Of a DNA stretch of 64,000 nucleotides, positions 24,586 to 38,461 are shown one piece after another. The position numbers were made by a program, and so were the translations under genes. Origin of the DNA: Octopus bimaculoides (Eukaryota); the NCBI RefSeq assembly GCF_001194135.2, contig NC_068989.1:64929690-64993689 (forward strand), read 5' to 3'. Position 1 is the first letter of the stretch. Each line of letters opens with the position of its first letter. The notes under the pieces are model-generated. The model saw nothing but the letters and a program-made list of their open reading frames with translations, made no database searches and was not told the origin of the DNA.

Positions 24586-26433
24586 TCTGGTTCAGAAATC
24601 ATTGCTATTTATCTGCTCTACAATTTGGTTTTACGCACCATTAAGCCTCTGGTTCATGGTAAGATTATATTTTCTACTCCTACAAACACAGAAACATGGA
24701 CACATACGAGCCCCCCCCCCCCNNNNNNNNNNNNNNNNNNNNNNNNNNNNNNNNNNNNNNNNNNNNNNNNNNTCACACACATACACCCCCCACACACGCA
24801 CACACACACATACACACACACACACATACACACACACACATACACACAGAGAAAGTTTGAAAGCAATCCAAAACAAAATTGATAAAAATTATTCGACAAC
24901 AAACACATATAGAAGTCAGTCCAACTCTACGCTGCATACACATTGTGAATGCCCCTCAAAACTATTCATTTCCACTTCACCAAAATGACCACAAGCCTTT
25001 CAATCAACAAGGTCACTACCTCTCACAATATTCTTTCCATTACCATCACGCAACACTCCCATCCCTCAGCAAACACTTCAACCACTTTCTACAGAAGAGT
25101 ATTCTGATTTTTGGAGCGTATTACAGTGTCGTATTACCAAGAAGAGTAATCTTCGACCCTGCCAACTTCCGTCTTATGGAAATTACTTTCAACATTTCAA
25201 AAGTAACGGAGACAGCCATTAACAGCTAGCCTTTCCAACATATTGAACCTATCACAAGATAGATAACCTATAGATAGAATGGATCTTTCTCACTCTCTCC
25301 ACAGTTGTTCTCTTCAGGCATCCTCACTTGGAGAATTCACTACTCTCTCCTTTTTTCGTATTGTATCTGCCTTCATAATCTCGTTGCCAATTCGCCAAGT
25401 CTACTCTCTCTAGAACTTCGATACTTTAAATTTCTCTCACTTCACGTGTATTATTTGTAGTCGTCTGCTTTCAGTAATTCTAGAGGAATAAAAACTGCAT
25501 CAATAACATTCGTCTGGGAGGTTCTGGGAATGTGTGGGAAAGTCTGAGTAGAACAATTGTGATAAATCCTTTTTCAACTAAAAAAAAAAAAAAATTCAGA
25601 AAAAAAAAGAGAAGGAAAAGTGGCAGTTGAACTTTATTTACTGCAGTAATGTATGAACTGTGACTTAACTCTAGGTGAGAAGTGACGTTACGTGGTGATA
25701 CAGAAGGCCAGTTTATATCTGACACAAAGGGTAAACATAAAGCTAAGACTCTGGATATACATAAATTATGACGGTGAAAACGAAAGCGATATAAAGAAAA
25801 AAAAACTGTATGGAAATATATACAGTAAATTTGAAAAGCATAAAACTATAGAATAATATGAACAGTTCAACAAAAAAAGTAGTTGTCTTGAAGCTGGGCA
25901 AGGGTTGTTGGCATATTTAATACTTTTTGTTTAAACACATATATCAACACGTATATAACATCCAATTTTTGTGTGGGTTCATGTGTGCGTTTTGATTTAT
26001 ATACTCTGACACATACACACAGAAACATACGTAGATACATGAAAAATACATCTATAAATATATTTTTATATATACATACATGCATACATATATACATACA
26101 TAAATAAATGCATACAAAAGTATATATTATCCCGTTAAATTTGGAAGATGGAGCATTGGGTATGATCTTGGCAGGAATATTGTGAGAGGTAGTGACCTTG
26201 TGAGACTAGTGACGTTGATAACATTCCTGTACATGTGTTCTGTTTCAGGTGACCAGATATCAGATATGAAAGACATAGTAGATGCTGGTGATTTTCAGAA
26301 GGCCAATGCTCATGAGAGAAAGGACTGAAGGAGTTGGGGGCACCAGTACGATGAGGGGTCGCTCGGCGATGGACGTACGAGAACAGCTCTCTTCGAGGAA
26401 CAGAGGAAAATCTAGCAGAGATAGAAGAGTGAA

Positions 26434-26524
<91 letters not shown>

Positions 26525-26569
26525 TAGGAGAGTGAAAGAGGGTAACAGCACGCCTGTTATCAAAAGGCT

Positions 26570-27490
26570 GGAGCATTTCCGTTAGTAGCTGAATACCAAT
26601 TACTCAAGTAGCACTTATCTGGATGTTGTCTCGGGTATCTATGACGCTACAGCAACACCGTCCTATATGTGGGAATAGCACTTTACTGAGGATCTGTTTC
26701 CTGGGTATGAGCACTGTTCAAGTAGTGTTTTTCTTTTAAAAGAGACAAGAAGTATAACCTAGCCCTGCTGATCGATTCTCTCTAGACGTCAGTCTGAGGA
26801 ATCAATGCAGGTTTGGTGCGTAGTGTCTAGACTGCGTATGAATAGAATATAGATAGGGAAAATTAGGGAAGAATAAAGGGTCGTCTAGTCTGCAGGGAAC
26901 TGGGTTGTTGGCTATTGCAGCCAGTACATCTTTGATGTACAGAAGGAAGAGAAAGGACGACGGTGGAAAATTCCAGAGTGTATTGCACAAGTAAGGCAGA
27001 GAATACTCAACACATACCGCGATGGTGCAATCGGATAGGAATCTACCGGTTCAAGGGATGAGACGTGGATGTAGCCTGCAAGTGAAGATTTGATTAGATA
27101 TTTGCATACCCATCGCAGTCTCATTGCTTTCACTGATCATCTTTAAAACGAGAGCCAACTGGTGAATGACATAACAGTGTATGTCGCCAATGGATCAAGC
27201 TCTGAGAAGTCGTAATTGGGATGGCGATCGAGAGAGATTCAAAATACCGGAGAAGGTTATTGTCTCCATCACAATGGGACATTATATGTGAGAGAATTAG
27301 AACAATTTTTGGCTGGGTCAGAGAGGTTAACTTTCTTTGGAATTGGACACATTGGGACTTACTTGCAAATATAAGAATATATTCTTGTACAGTGTAAAAG
27401 ATTAAAGAGTTTGATGAGCCGAGGAGAAAGATGTGCGGCGCCATGCTAGAGTGTAATGAAACGGACATTGTCGAGGCTGTTCTCCACTGA
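26570..27490 (-). mobile_element. Decayed CR1/L2-group non-LTR retrotransposon ORF2 (reverse transcriptase region)
   Basis: Frameshifted minus-strand peptides in collinear RT order: PIPKKVNLSDPAKNCSNSLT (PIPKKG-DP-NYRPISLT), NNLLRYFES, SIGD, AIHSGIFH (INSGVPQG), LFLLYIKDVL...CRLDD (LFLLYINDL...YADD), KCYSHI*DG (EYCSHIWDG). Confidence 0.85.
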
Positions 27491-27544
27491 TATTTCTTAA
27501 AGGAACTGTATTTCCATACTTGATGTCTCTATATGAAATCTTTT

Positions 27545-27750
27545 GTACTCAAGGCACAAGGCCCGAAATTTTGGGGATGGGGCCAGTCGATTAGATATAG
27601 CCCAGGACGCAACTAGTACTTAATTTATCGAGCCCGAAAGGATGAAAGGCGAATTCGACCTCGGCCGAATTTGAACTCTCAACGTAAAAGACAAGCGAAA
27701 TACCGCTCAGCATAGGGCCGACGTGCTAACGTTTCTGCCCGCTCACGGCT
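27545..27750 (-). mobile_element. Family-A tRNA-derived SINE
   Basis: Reverse complement of the family-A pattern (ggcacaaggcccgaaa...ggatgaaaggcgaattcgacctcggccgaatttgaactc...gtgctaacgtttctgcc). Confidence 0.88.
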
Positions 27751-28239
27751 TAATCTGTCTCTATATGAATGCGTATGTGTCTGATTGTCTATGCGTTTGT
27801 GTGCGGATGATTACGTGTGGAGAGCCCAGTGTATTGGAATGAGGTGTATACAGCTAGATGCATTGATCACAATAAATGTAGCTGTTCCTCTACAAGGAGA
27901 GTTTAAAAATCGCCAAACTGAATCCGAACATTTTANNNNNNNNNNNNNNNNNNNNNNNNNNNNNNNNNNNNNNNNNNNNNNNNNNNNNNNNNNNNNNNNN
28001 NNNNNNNNNNNNNNNNNNNNNNNNNNNNNNNNNNNNNNNNNNNNNNNNNNNNNNNNNNNNNNNNNNNNNNNNNNNNNNNNNNNNNNNNNNNNNNNNNNNN
28101 NNNNNNNNNNNNNNNNNNNNNNNNNNNNNNNNNNNNNNNNNNNNNNNNNNNNNNNNNNTATATATATATATATATATATATGGACATACATTTTTATTTT
28201 TCAATATTTGTACTATTTTTTTATTTGTTATTTTCCTGT

Positions 28240-29220
28240 ACCACACACCACACACCCCACGCACTCCATATATACACACGCACGCACACAAGCACAAAAA
28301 CATCATACACGCACTTCCACCACGCACACCCGCAACGTAACCATCACACCCTTGGCTACACCAAAGCACTCATACACTCCACCTCATCCTTCTCTACCTC
28401 TCACGCACGCACACGCACACACTAACACGCACACACAAATGAACGCACATATACCTCCATACACACAGCACACATATTCACACACCTGCACGCACGTACA
28501 TACACTTCCACACACACTCACAAGCACATGGACACAAATACATCCCCAAACGTACACTCGTACACATACACAAATGTATACACAGCGAGAGAGAGAGACA
28601 GAGTGACAGAAAGGGGCACACGCAAGAACGCACCTAAGCGCATGTGCAGAGGTACACATACACACACGTACACACGCACGCACACTCACACATGCACACA
28701 CGCACACATATACACGTACACACACGCGCACACAAACATGAGCACACATATAACTCGACACACACATAACCCTCCACACACACATTAAACACACATGCAC
28801 ACATATACACGCACGTACATACACTTCCACACACACTCACACCTACAAATACACATACACACATCCTCCTATGCACACATGTACACACACATATATATAG
28901 AGCTAGAGAGAGTCAGAGTGACAGAGAGAGAGAGAGGGACATCACATACGCATGCCATCACATACGCATACATGCAACCACACCCACCTATTCAGACAGT
29001 CACACCAACCCATTCACACACGTGTTACTATAACTACTGACCTCTCAGAGAGACATTAACACACAGTCACACAGATCCTACTACACACACATACACACAC
29101 ACTAGTACGTACTCAAACACAAAGACGCACACATAGTTAATACCATACACACGCTACCACCTACGCACACACACACAGTTACCACCACATGCACATACGC
29201 TACCACGAACACACACACAC
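28240..29220. repeat. Degenerate (CA)-rich compound microsatellite containing a ~320-bp-period duplication
   Basis: An identical 34-mer occurs at 28489-28522 and 28808-28841, each followed by a gagagag(a/t)cagagtgacaga block. Confidence 0.75.
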
Positions 29221-29616
29221 TGACCATTTTCTTCCTGTCATGTCCCAGAAACCACTGTTTCTTCATTCCTTTTACTTCCAGTCACTTCAGAAATGTAACC
29301 GCTCGTGAGTGTTGGCGATTTTTTTTTTCCTCATTCTACTTGGAGTTGCCTGTTTTTCCGGTTTCCGAAGACGAGCTATGCTCGAAATGTAAAACTACTA
29401 TTCTTTTTTTTTTCTGAAGATCTTATTAATACATTGTTTGTGGTATGTCCCTACGTGTGTCTGTCTTTTTCCTTTTCTCTGTTTTATATATATGTCTGAT
29501 ATGCTACAACAGACTCCATGACCAAATGTATAACTCTTGTTGTGTAGTCATTGGTACGCACGCGCACTCCTACACACACATACACACATGCTTTATATGT
29601 ATATATATATATATAT

Positions 29617-29797
29617 GGGAGAATATACAAAAAATAACAACAGACGAGGACAGGTGGTGTAAATAACAAAAGTATATATTAGTATGACGCTCGGGAATAC
29701 GGAAAGTCTTTGACGTTTCGAGCTACGCTCTTCAACAGAAAGAATACGGAGACAAGGAGAAAAACACGGAGAAAAAAAATTTTGGAGAAAAAAAAAA
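29617..29797 (-). mobile_element. ~180-bp non-autonomous element between (TA)n tracts, carrying a minimal hammerhead motif (Penelope-like-element-type)
   Basis: (TA)n on both sides; contains the motif at 29707-29743; a second decayed copy lies at 17300-17380. The PLE link is inference. Confidence 0.7.
29707..29743 (-). ncRNA. Minimal type I hammerhead-ribozyme motif with CUGUUGA core variant and GUC cleavage triplet
   Basis: Minus strand TCTTT-CTGTTGA-A-GAGC-GTA-GCTC-GAA-ACGT-C-AAAGA: perfect 5-bp helix I, 4-bp helix II, palindromic ACGT; the predicted cleavage is after C at 29712. Confidence 0.65.
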
Positions 29798-30415
29798 TAT
29801 ATATATATATATATATANNNNNNNNNNNNNNNNNNNNNNNNNNNNNNNNNNNNNNNNNNNNNNNNNNNNNNNNNNNNNNNNNNNNNNNNNNNNNNNNNNN
29901 NNNNNNNNNNNNNNNNNNNNNNNNNNNNNNNNNNNNNNNNNNNNNNNNNNNNNNNNNNNNNNNNNNNNNNNNNNNNNNNNNNNNNNNNNNNNNNNNNNNN
30001 NNNNNNNNNNNNNNNNNNNNNNNNNNNNNNNNNNNNNNNNNNNNNNNNNNNNNNNNNNNNNNNNNNNNNNNNNNNNNNNNNNNNNNNNNNNNNNNNNNNN
30101 NNNNNNNNNNNNNNNNNNNNNNNNNNNNNNNNNNNNNNNNNNNNNNNNNNNNNNNNNNNNNNNNNNNNNNNNNNNNNNNNNNNNNNNNNNNNNNNNNNNN
30201 NNNNNNNNNNNNNNNNNNNNNNNNNNNNNNNNNNNNNNNNNNNNNNNNNNNNNNNNNNNNNNNNNNNNNNNNNNNNNNNNNNNNNNNNNNNNNNNNNNNN
30301 NNNNNNNNNNNNNNNNNNNNNNNNNNNNNNNNNNNNNNNNNNNNNNNNNNNNNNNNNNNNNNNNNNNNNNNNNNNNNNNNNNNNNNNNNNNNNNNNNNNN
30401 NNNNNNNNNNNNNNN

Positions 30416-30451
<36 letters not shown>

Positions 30452-32264
30452 CCAGATATACATATACGCACACTAGCACATACCATATATAAAATGAAAT
30501 ATATCCCTTTTCTATTTGATGAACCGATTCTACATAAAAAATTACACCTGTCATTGAATCTTTAAATTCACTGAATATATACATACACAGCTTTCAACGA
30601 TGTATTACCCGTTAGCAATTGGAACAAGAATGCATGAGATACAGCCTTTAATGAGCTTTCCTTCCGGCTATATAAGACATATTCTATAAAATTGCCTTCT
30701 ATTTATTGTTTAATTGTCATCTTTGACACATTTCATTTGTAATGTTTTCGTATCCCCTATACATTAAATTAACTCCCTTTGTACCGTATGCGATCTAACT
30801 ATAATTAAATGTTGAGAAGAAGTGAAAACGACATCAAAATATCAAAATACAGAATCTTCAATAAGAAGTAGTGCTATAATATATTAACAAAAGGATAGTT
30901 TATCAATCTGTATATAACGAAGCAAAAATAATCATTTCTTTTGCATAGTTAATGCTTACATACACACATACATACATACATACATACATAAATAAGTACG
31001 TACGTACGTGCATCCATACATACATACATACATACATACATACATACATACATACATACATACATACATACAACTGTAATTTCACACAGAACAAAATTTC
31101 TTCCGAAGAAAGCTTTGTGATAATTACATTTCTCGTTCAGATTGATATTCCTTTTGAAAGATCATTTTTCTCCTTCTTGCCTTTGTGTTACTGAAAAGTA
31201 TACACAACTGTTTTTTACCAGCTTCCAGTCATTCGATTAAGATAATGATAATGCACCTTTTCAAGGTGTCTTAGTTGATTATACCGACTTCATTTAAGGG
31301 CTATCAATTTCATAAAACATGGCAGAAAGAATCGACTTTACTCTCAAAACAAATAAATTTGATCGGACTGTCGGACAAATATTCTGCGAAACATCCCTCT
31401 TCGAGCATATTACCTGAAACAATGGCCTACATTTGCAACCTTTTCAGTGACTTCTGAGAAGTTGCAAATGACATCGAAAGAACTTTGACGAATAAGAAGC
31501 AAAACAAATAACTCATTAAAGAAATGATCGATTAGTTAGTTGGATAGATATTTAACTAATTGACTAGTAATATAGGGCTGGAAATATAGTAGTTAGCGTG
31601 TTATTAGTATTGGCATAATGACTATCCTTAGACACAACAAAATTTGTTTCAACGCAAGGATTAATAACAAGAAGTTAGTAAGCCAAATACAGAAGTGAGA
31701 TGGCCTTCATATTTCGTGATAAGCAATGATAGATACTTCACCATGTACTTTCAGATTTACGATGTCATTAAATTTCAATAATAATTTGTAAGTTTAGCAC
31801 AAGGTGACACATTTAACGGGTATGGAAAGTTATAGTAATGAAATGCTCTGATGATTGACGAGTATTTTGTTGTTTCTATCGATTCCGGAATGATAAAAGC
31901 TGAAGTTGACTTGAATGGGGTTAAATGCCTTTTGTTCGACACTCTACTAATTCTGGCAGCTTTTAAACTACAGTCATACTCTAATATACGATTCCAAACA
32001 ATTTCCAAATAGACTTTTTGCTTTTAGATACTTACTGTATTTTGTGGAAGTGTAATGTAGGGAATTTAGAGACATTAGATTCGGTTTTAATTGGATTAAA
32101 AATTCGAAATTCTGAGAATTTCTGTGAATGTAGTCAAGAATAAGTTCTAGAATAATGGCATTAAAGTATAAGGCTGAAAAAATTATAATAGAAACAAACC
32201 GATAAATTATAAAATGTCTTTAAAATTCGCTTGAAGCATATTTGGTTATTATGTGGCAAAATGA

Positions 32265-32338
32265 AACATTAAATAGAGCAGTAGTACTATGTAACATTCA
32301 GTAGTGAAGTAGTACTATGTAACATTAAATAGAGCAGT
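32265..32338. repeat. 28-bp tandem repeat, about 2.6 copies
   Basis: AACATTAAATAGAGCAGTAGTACTATGT at 32265-32292, a variant at 32293-32320, a partial copy to 32338, and a further fragment near 32399. Confidence 0.85.
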
Positions 32339-32539
32339 TATACCACATTATATTAAACAAAGCTATGATGTAGTGTTAATTGTACTGACTGATATTGTGT
32401 AACATTAAATAGAGTGATGAAATGTTAAAGAACGGCAGAACCTTTGAATAAATCTCTCTCAATTTACTTTCGTCCCTCTATGATACAAGTTCACTTATAA
32501 ATGGGATTGATTTTCTTTTTTTGCCATTCTATTCTCCAG

Positions 32540-32890
32540 TGGTGAATGCGCGTGGCTTAGTGGTTCTGATATTCGGCCCACGTTCTGATATTCGGCCCAC
32601 TGGCGCGGTGCGTTGTGTCCTTGAGAAAAAACACTTTATTTCACGTTGCCCAAGTCCACTCAGCTGGCAAAAATGAGTAGTACCTGTATCTGAAAGGGTC
32701 AGCCTTGTCACATTCTGTGTCACGCTGAATATCTCTGAGAACTATGTTAAGGGTGTAGGTGTCTGTGGAATGCTCAGTCACATGCACGTTAATTTCACGA
32801 GCAAGCTGTTCCGCTGACCGGATCAACTAGTATCCTCGTCGTCCTAAACGAAGGAGTGCCAGGCATTCTCCGGTGACAAATTAAATGTCC
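32540..32890 (+). mobile_element. tRNA-derived SINE (family E) with an internal 19-bp tandem duplication in the head
   Basis: A-box-like gtggcttagtggtt, then (GTTCTGATATTCGGCCCAC)x2 at 32563-32600, then tgtccttgagaaaaacactttatttcacgttg; body matches 62688-62860, 62995-63145, 39000-39125 and 46960-47160. Confidence 0.8.
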
Positions 32891-32960
32891 CACTATATGA
32901 TAAAATGTACCACTATATCATATACTGTACTGAAAGCATCAACCTGAGTAAAACGTCACA

Positions 32961-33219
32961 GTGATATCATTAAACTATGTAATGTACTATAGCAATATCA
33001 TCAAACTATATAATATACAATATAGTTATTATCGAGCTATATCAGATATTACAATGATATCACCACACTATATAAATACTGTCGTGATAGCATCAAAATA
33101 TGTAATATATTATGGGGATGTCAGTTAAATATATAATATGCTTTGGTGGTATCATCAAACTATATAATGTTCTATAGTGATGCCAAACTGTTATACTGTA
33201 GAGATATCATCAAACGATA
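32961..33219. repeat. ~31-bp minisatellite (GTGATATCATCAAACTATATAATGTACTATA-like), about 9 degenerate copies
   Basis: Recurring gatatcatcaaactatataat cores at ~30-31 bp spacing. Confidence 0.8.
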
Positions 33220-34153
33220 CACCGGCTCCAAAATAGACTGGATATATATGAAGATTATCTTGGAAAAAGTTGATGGAATTAGCTACTAGGTAACAGTAGA
33301 ATATTTCGTATTATATTTAAAAGTGACATTTATATAATTTCGAATAAAAGTAGCGTTGGTTTTGCTTGTAATAATCTTAGTGTTTTATAATTTAATAACA
33401 GTAAAGTACTTCCTGACCACAAAAGACCTCCTCAGTAAAAGCTGGAATCGTGGATAATAACTTTGTATGATTTTCCAACACTGATAAACATTGATAACTG
33501 AAGAAAATGAATGAAGAAAAATGGGAATAAAATACATGGATTGTTTGCAGATTTTCACATTCAAACCAAAACTACATCAGTCAAAGTCAATTGTTACATG
33601 GCTGACATCCCAAGCTTTCAAACTAATCACTAAAGAGGCTCATAACGAGTGGCTTAGCTGTAATAAAGAAATCCTTTTCTGAAAATTTTACATTTAAAAT
33701 CCCCCCCACCCCCTCTCACAAGCCTTTGAATTAAAAGATAACATGTTTTAAATCGTTCATGTAAATATAATGGATGTTTTAATCGTATTATCCAATGTAA
33801 AATATATTTACGTTCAACCTGTGTGTAGAAATAACCATTTTTGCTTTAAACCGATGTAACAAGTTCATAGATGAGCAACTCAGTGAAGTTATTTACGATG
33901 TCAATCAAGATTGTTACAGCATATAGTTTCATGACATTGGCAAATAACGTATGAGTTAGTTAATGTTTCTGTTCTCACTATACCCCATTAATCATCTCCG
34001 ACGTCAGATCTGTGTATAAACAGTTGGATAGAGCCGCTGGTGATCATAGTTCATGACAGGATAGACACATCACTTTTTCATGGATCGATATTCAAAAATG
34101 GAAATATTATCCGTATAGGATGAACGTACAATACAACTCAAGCGACACATATG

Positions 34154-34204
<51 letters not shown>

Positions 34205-37200
34205 GTGTGTGTGTATCATATATATATATATGACATAGAATACATACATACACACATACACACATGTCTGTGTGTATGAGACAACATGTAAGCAAATGAT
34301 TGTAATCTTAATCAAAATCAGCCATGCTACATAAGGGCACTTGACAATGAGATCCTCACTCTACAGAAGGGCAATAGATATGTATTAAACATTCAAAGCA
34401 GAATACAAATGTAATGGGGAATGATATATTCTCTTCACGAGAAATTAGACAGGCAGAAAATATAAGAAAACATAATGTTCATCACAAACTAATAAACGTT
34501 GAGCATGAATTATCAACAAGTGGTTAATTTGCCTTGTAAATATTCCAAAAGTTAAACCATAAAATATAAAATGCAACATGCAAAAGCTTTGTGGCAATTC
34601 AGTTTATGAAAATTAATCGATATGTTTATAAAATATTCCGAAAATGACACTATCTATTTTCCAGGGAGTGAGTAGAGAGTTCAAAATGAAGAGCCGACAC
34701 GCATAGTAATACGGTTAGCTTTAAAAAAATGTTGAAATGCCCACATTAGACATTGGAATATTTCCGGAGTGCTCGTAAAATTATAACAGAATAGCAACAT
34801 TAAGTAGTGATTGCCAATTAACTCTTAACACAAACCTATTAAATTAACTAAAAATAGGGTTTTCTTTGAACTCGACAAAAATATGCCCGATTGAAAGGGA
34901 GATAATAGAAAGTATGACATGGATGCTGTTTACAGATAGATGGAGTGCAATAATGGTGAGAGAGGCGAATTGAAACTTTTTCGCACAAAGGTACTACAGC
35001 AGCTTATCTCATGTTTTATGGCATTCAACAAAGCTTATGCATATTAGAAATCGTTTTATGTATAGGGCCTGGGGGAACCTAACATATACAAGTTACTTAG
35101 ATGTTGGTTAGAGATTCCAGTCTAATGTTAAAACTATATATAGGATGTGATTTATTATGAATATGAACACAAATAGCTAACAGCCGGCTAAATGTTTGGT
35201 AATTATACAACACTTGATTTTATGATGGCTAGTAATTTAATGCAGCTGCTGCTATTTAATTAATGAACTCTTGTGTATTTCTTTTGTTTATGTGATACTT
35301 GACACACATCCACATGTTATATGTTAACGAAATAAGTTATTTGAAGATATATTACATATAATTATAGAGAATAAATAATTTCTTTTTGAAATTACACTCA
35401 ACTCACAAAAAGCGCTAACCTGCAACTAAAGTTTTAATTTATTGTGTCATAGTTCAACATACAATACGAACAGTATTGTAAAGAGTGCGAGGCTAACAAA
35501 AACGACGATGTAGTTTCTGTACTGCGTACTTTTCAATTAAGGATGAATCGCTCAGAAACACCATCCAATGTTCTTCTGTAATCCCCACACAAAAAAAAAC
35601 AACAAAAAAACTTACGGAATAACAAACGCAAATAAAAAAAATTAAAGATCGAAGGAAGCAATACTAAATTCTCAGCAAATTATCGTTGAAGTCATTGAAC
35701 TGATATTACTTGTTAGTCTCAGTATATATCACGCACAGGCTTTACTGAGATATTTCCTTTCTATATCTAATAGAATAATATGGTAGTTATATTCCTGTGA
35801 ATTTATAAGCAGCAAGAAAAATATATGGAGTGATGTGATCTTTACTCTCTACACCTCTTCTTTCTAATCTCAAACACAAGGTTTTTTTTTAGACAATAAA
35901 ACAAATGTAACTGCAACACATTAACGACACAAAGTTTCGATGTGAATTAAATCTATAGATAATTTAGTTTGTCCTACGTAGGTTGGCAATTCCTGAGAAA
36001 GGTATTTTTACGTTAATGTCGTCGATAATAACTTCAAAAATACACATCAGGAGTTTATATACTCTCTCCTTGAAAAAACTTATCTTGTGTCTAGTCAAAA
36101 GACGCCAGAATTTCGGTTTCTCACTGAGGTTGATTTTTTTAGATTTGAAGAAGAGCAGTCGGTTCAAAAATTTGACGATATATCGATTCAAATATTTACT
36201 AATTTTATTGATTTGGGATACAAATTTTATCGATTTTGGACTTTGTTCCTGGCGGAATTCGTACTGTAAAAATAAATCTAACAACTACAATGTGTTTTTT
36301 ACGAAGCTTTACCGAATCTGCCATGCTACGACAACACGGAAAGCAAATATATTGTAATATTAACACAGTATTCTTGAAATTGTGTTGTTAATGCAGAAAG
36401 TATGTATTTTTACAATTAATCTGATGACATTCGTAAAATTAAGATATTTCAAAGCGACAGAAACATCATAGTAACCAATGTATCAGCAATGATATAAAGG
36501 CCAATGACCAATGGAAATTGTCAAAAAGTGCATTTTGTATATTCAACAAAACAGCAGGATAAAAAGAGACATCACTATCTGTATTGTCTATACCTTCGGT
36601 ATAGAAATATTTCTTGTTGAATGTAAGCATATTTCTTAATACATCTCTCAATATTCTCTGAGCTTCTTAATTCATGACATCAGAAGTTCGTAGCTAGTGC
36701 CATAAATTCTGACTACCATCATAACTGGAATATTTTCTCAATTTAATTTGAAGAAAAATATTTGAATGTTGCCGACTTTATGAATAGTTTCAACAATTGA
36801 TGCAAAAGAAGCAACAGCATTTTCAAAACGAAAGGCATAGACTTGCCTGTGAATTATTACTAACAAAAGGAAATATTTCTGTCAATAATAGAAAGAAAAT
36901 ATCTCACTGTTTCTACTGAGATGTTACTTTCTTGTGATATGTATATAGTGGAAAAGTTCTCTAATGAAACGTGCTAAAAAAAATATAACGACACACGAAC
37001 TTTCCTCTTCAGTTGACACATACCCTAACAGATATGATATACTTGCAATAAATAGTTGCAAACCGAATATAACATGTCATGTAGAGGGCAGATATCGTTC
37101 ATTGCTAAAGATACAGGCAGCTTTATTGTGATATTGTCATCAACTTTAAAAACAGCAAAAATAAGATATTTCTTTTACGTGAGGTAGAAAATTCAAATGT

Positions 37201-38461
37201 GAAAAGAAAAGCTAGTGTGAAGTAATCTACTAGAAATAGCAGTGAAATCCCTTTTGAAATCTATTCTAATATATAACAAAAAAATGGAGCAAATTGGAAA
37301 ATATACATCTAATGCAGTCTTCTATGTCGTTTCAAGACTGGAATGTTTTTCATCATAGATTGGCTATTCCAAAAAGCAGTAATGCTGTTTCAATTATAAT
37401 ATTATTTCATTACTAACCATTCTGAATAATCATGACAGTAAACTAACGCCCATCACCTTGGACAGTAGCAACCGTGAATATACATACGTACTCACATTGT
37501 TCCATATGTATGTGATTTATACAGAAACATAATTATAACATTAATAGATATGTGTGTGTGTGTGAGTATATATATATGTGTGTGCATGTGTTTGTGTATG
37601 TGTATTGATATATATGATAAACATTTAGGTAATTTATGTAAATATATTTATTTAGTGATAGGGATCTCATACACAAAATAGAAGAGCCAAACTCATTTTC
37701 AGATAAAGTCGCCAAAAATTCCAGACAATATCATGAAGGCAAAGCAGACGAACTCAGTATGATGTAGGGAAAAGCCCAAAGCCTTTGGCTATAGACAGAC
37801 AAATTTATGTCAAATCTAATCATATTCAAAAGTTTATAACTACAGCATTTACAAACAGAGTTAGTAGACTGTGTATTGATTTGATGATATTAGTGATCGA
37901 TAATGTAGCTAATGAAAACTTTAATACGGATGGAAAGTCCTAATTTACTAAGATTGATCGTGCTATTGTATTCTAGTGAAGTGATCACTCAGCACAAATA
38001 GGAGTGGCGGAGATCAATCGACAAAAATACAACAGAGCATACCACTCAAAATGTATGATCTTCTCATACATATATAACAGATGATTGGATATTATTCGTA
38101 TGTGAAACGTAAATAATATAATCACAAACCAACAAGTGAAATTTAATATTCGCCTTTCTACCGGAACTTTCAAGCGGACATATTGTTAGACATGACAATT
38201 TTCAAAGAGTAACTTTTAACACGAAATAAGTATGTTTTTAAAAGAATGTTGTAAATTTGAGGTGGGGAGCGGCAACCTTTAGTTTGCTTTAAGTCAAAAA
38301 GCAAGATATCTAGATCATACCATGAAGGATCGAACTGAAAGTATTTCGATTAATTCTCGATCAAAATCTTGGATGTAAGCAAACAAATAATAAACAATCA
38401 AGTAATTTATCACAATGGTTTTCATATCAACAACACACAGTCACTTAACGTGCGAGAAATA

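Noticed and set aside
32265-33219. Regularly spaced repeats as CRISPR arrays
   Set aside because: Eukaryotic intronic context, contiguous degenerate units without unique spacers, and no cas genes.
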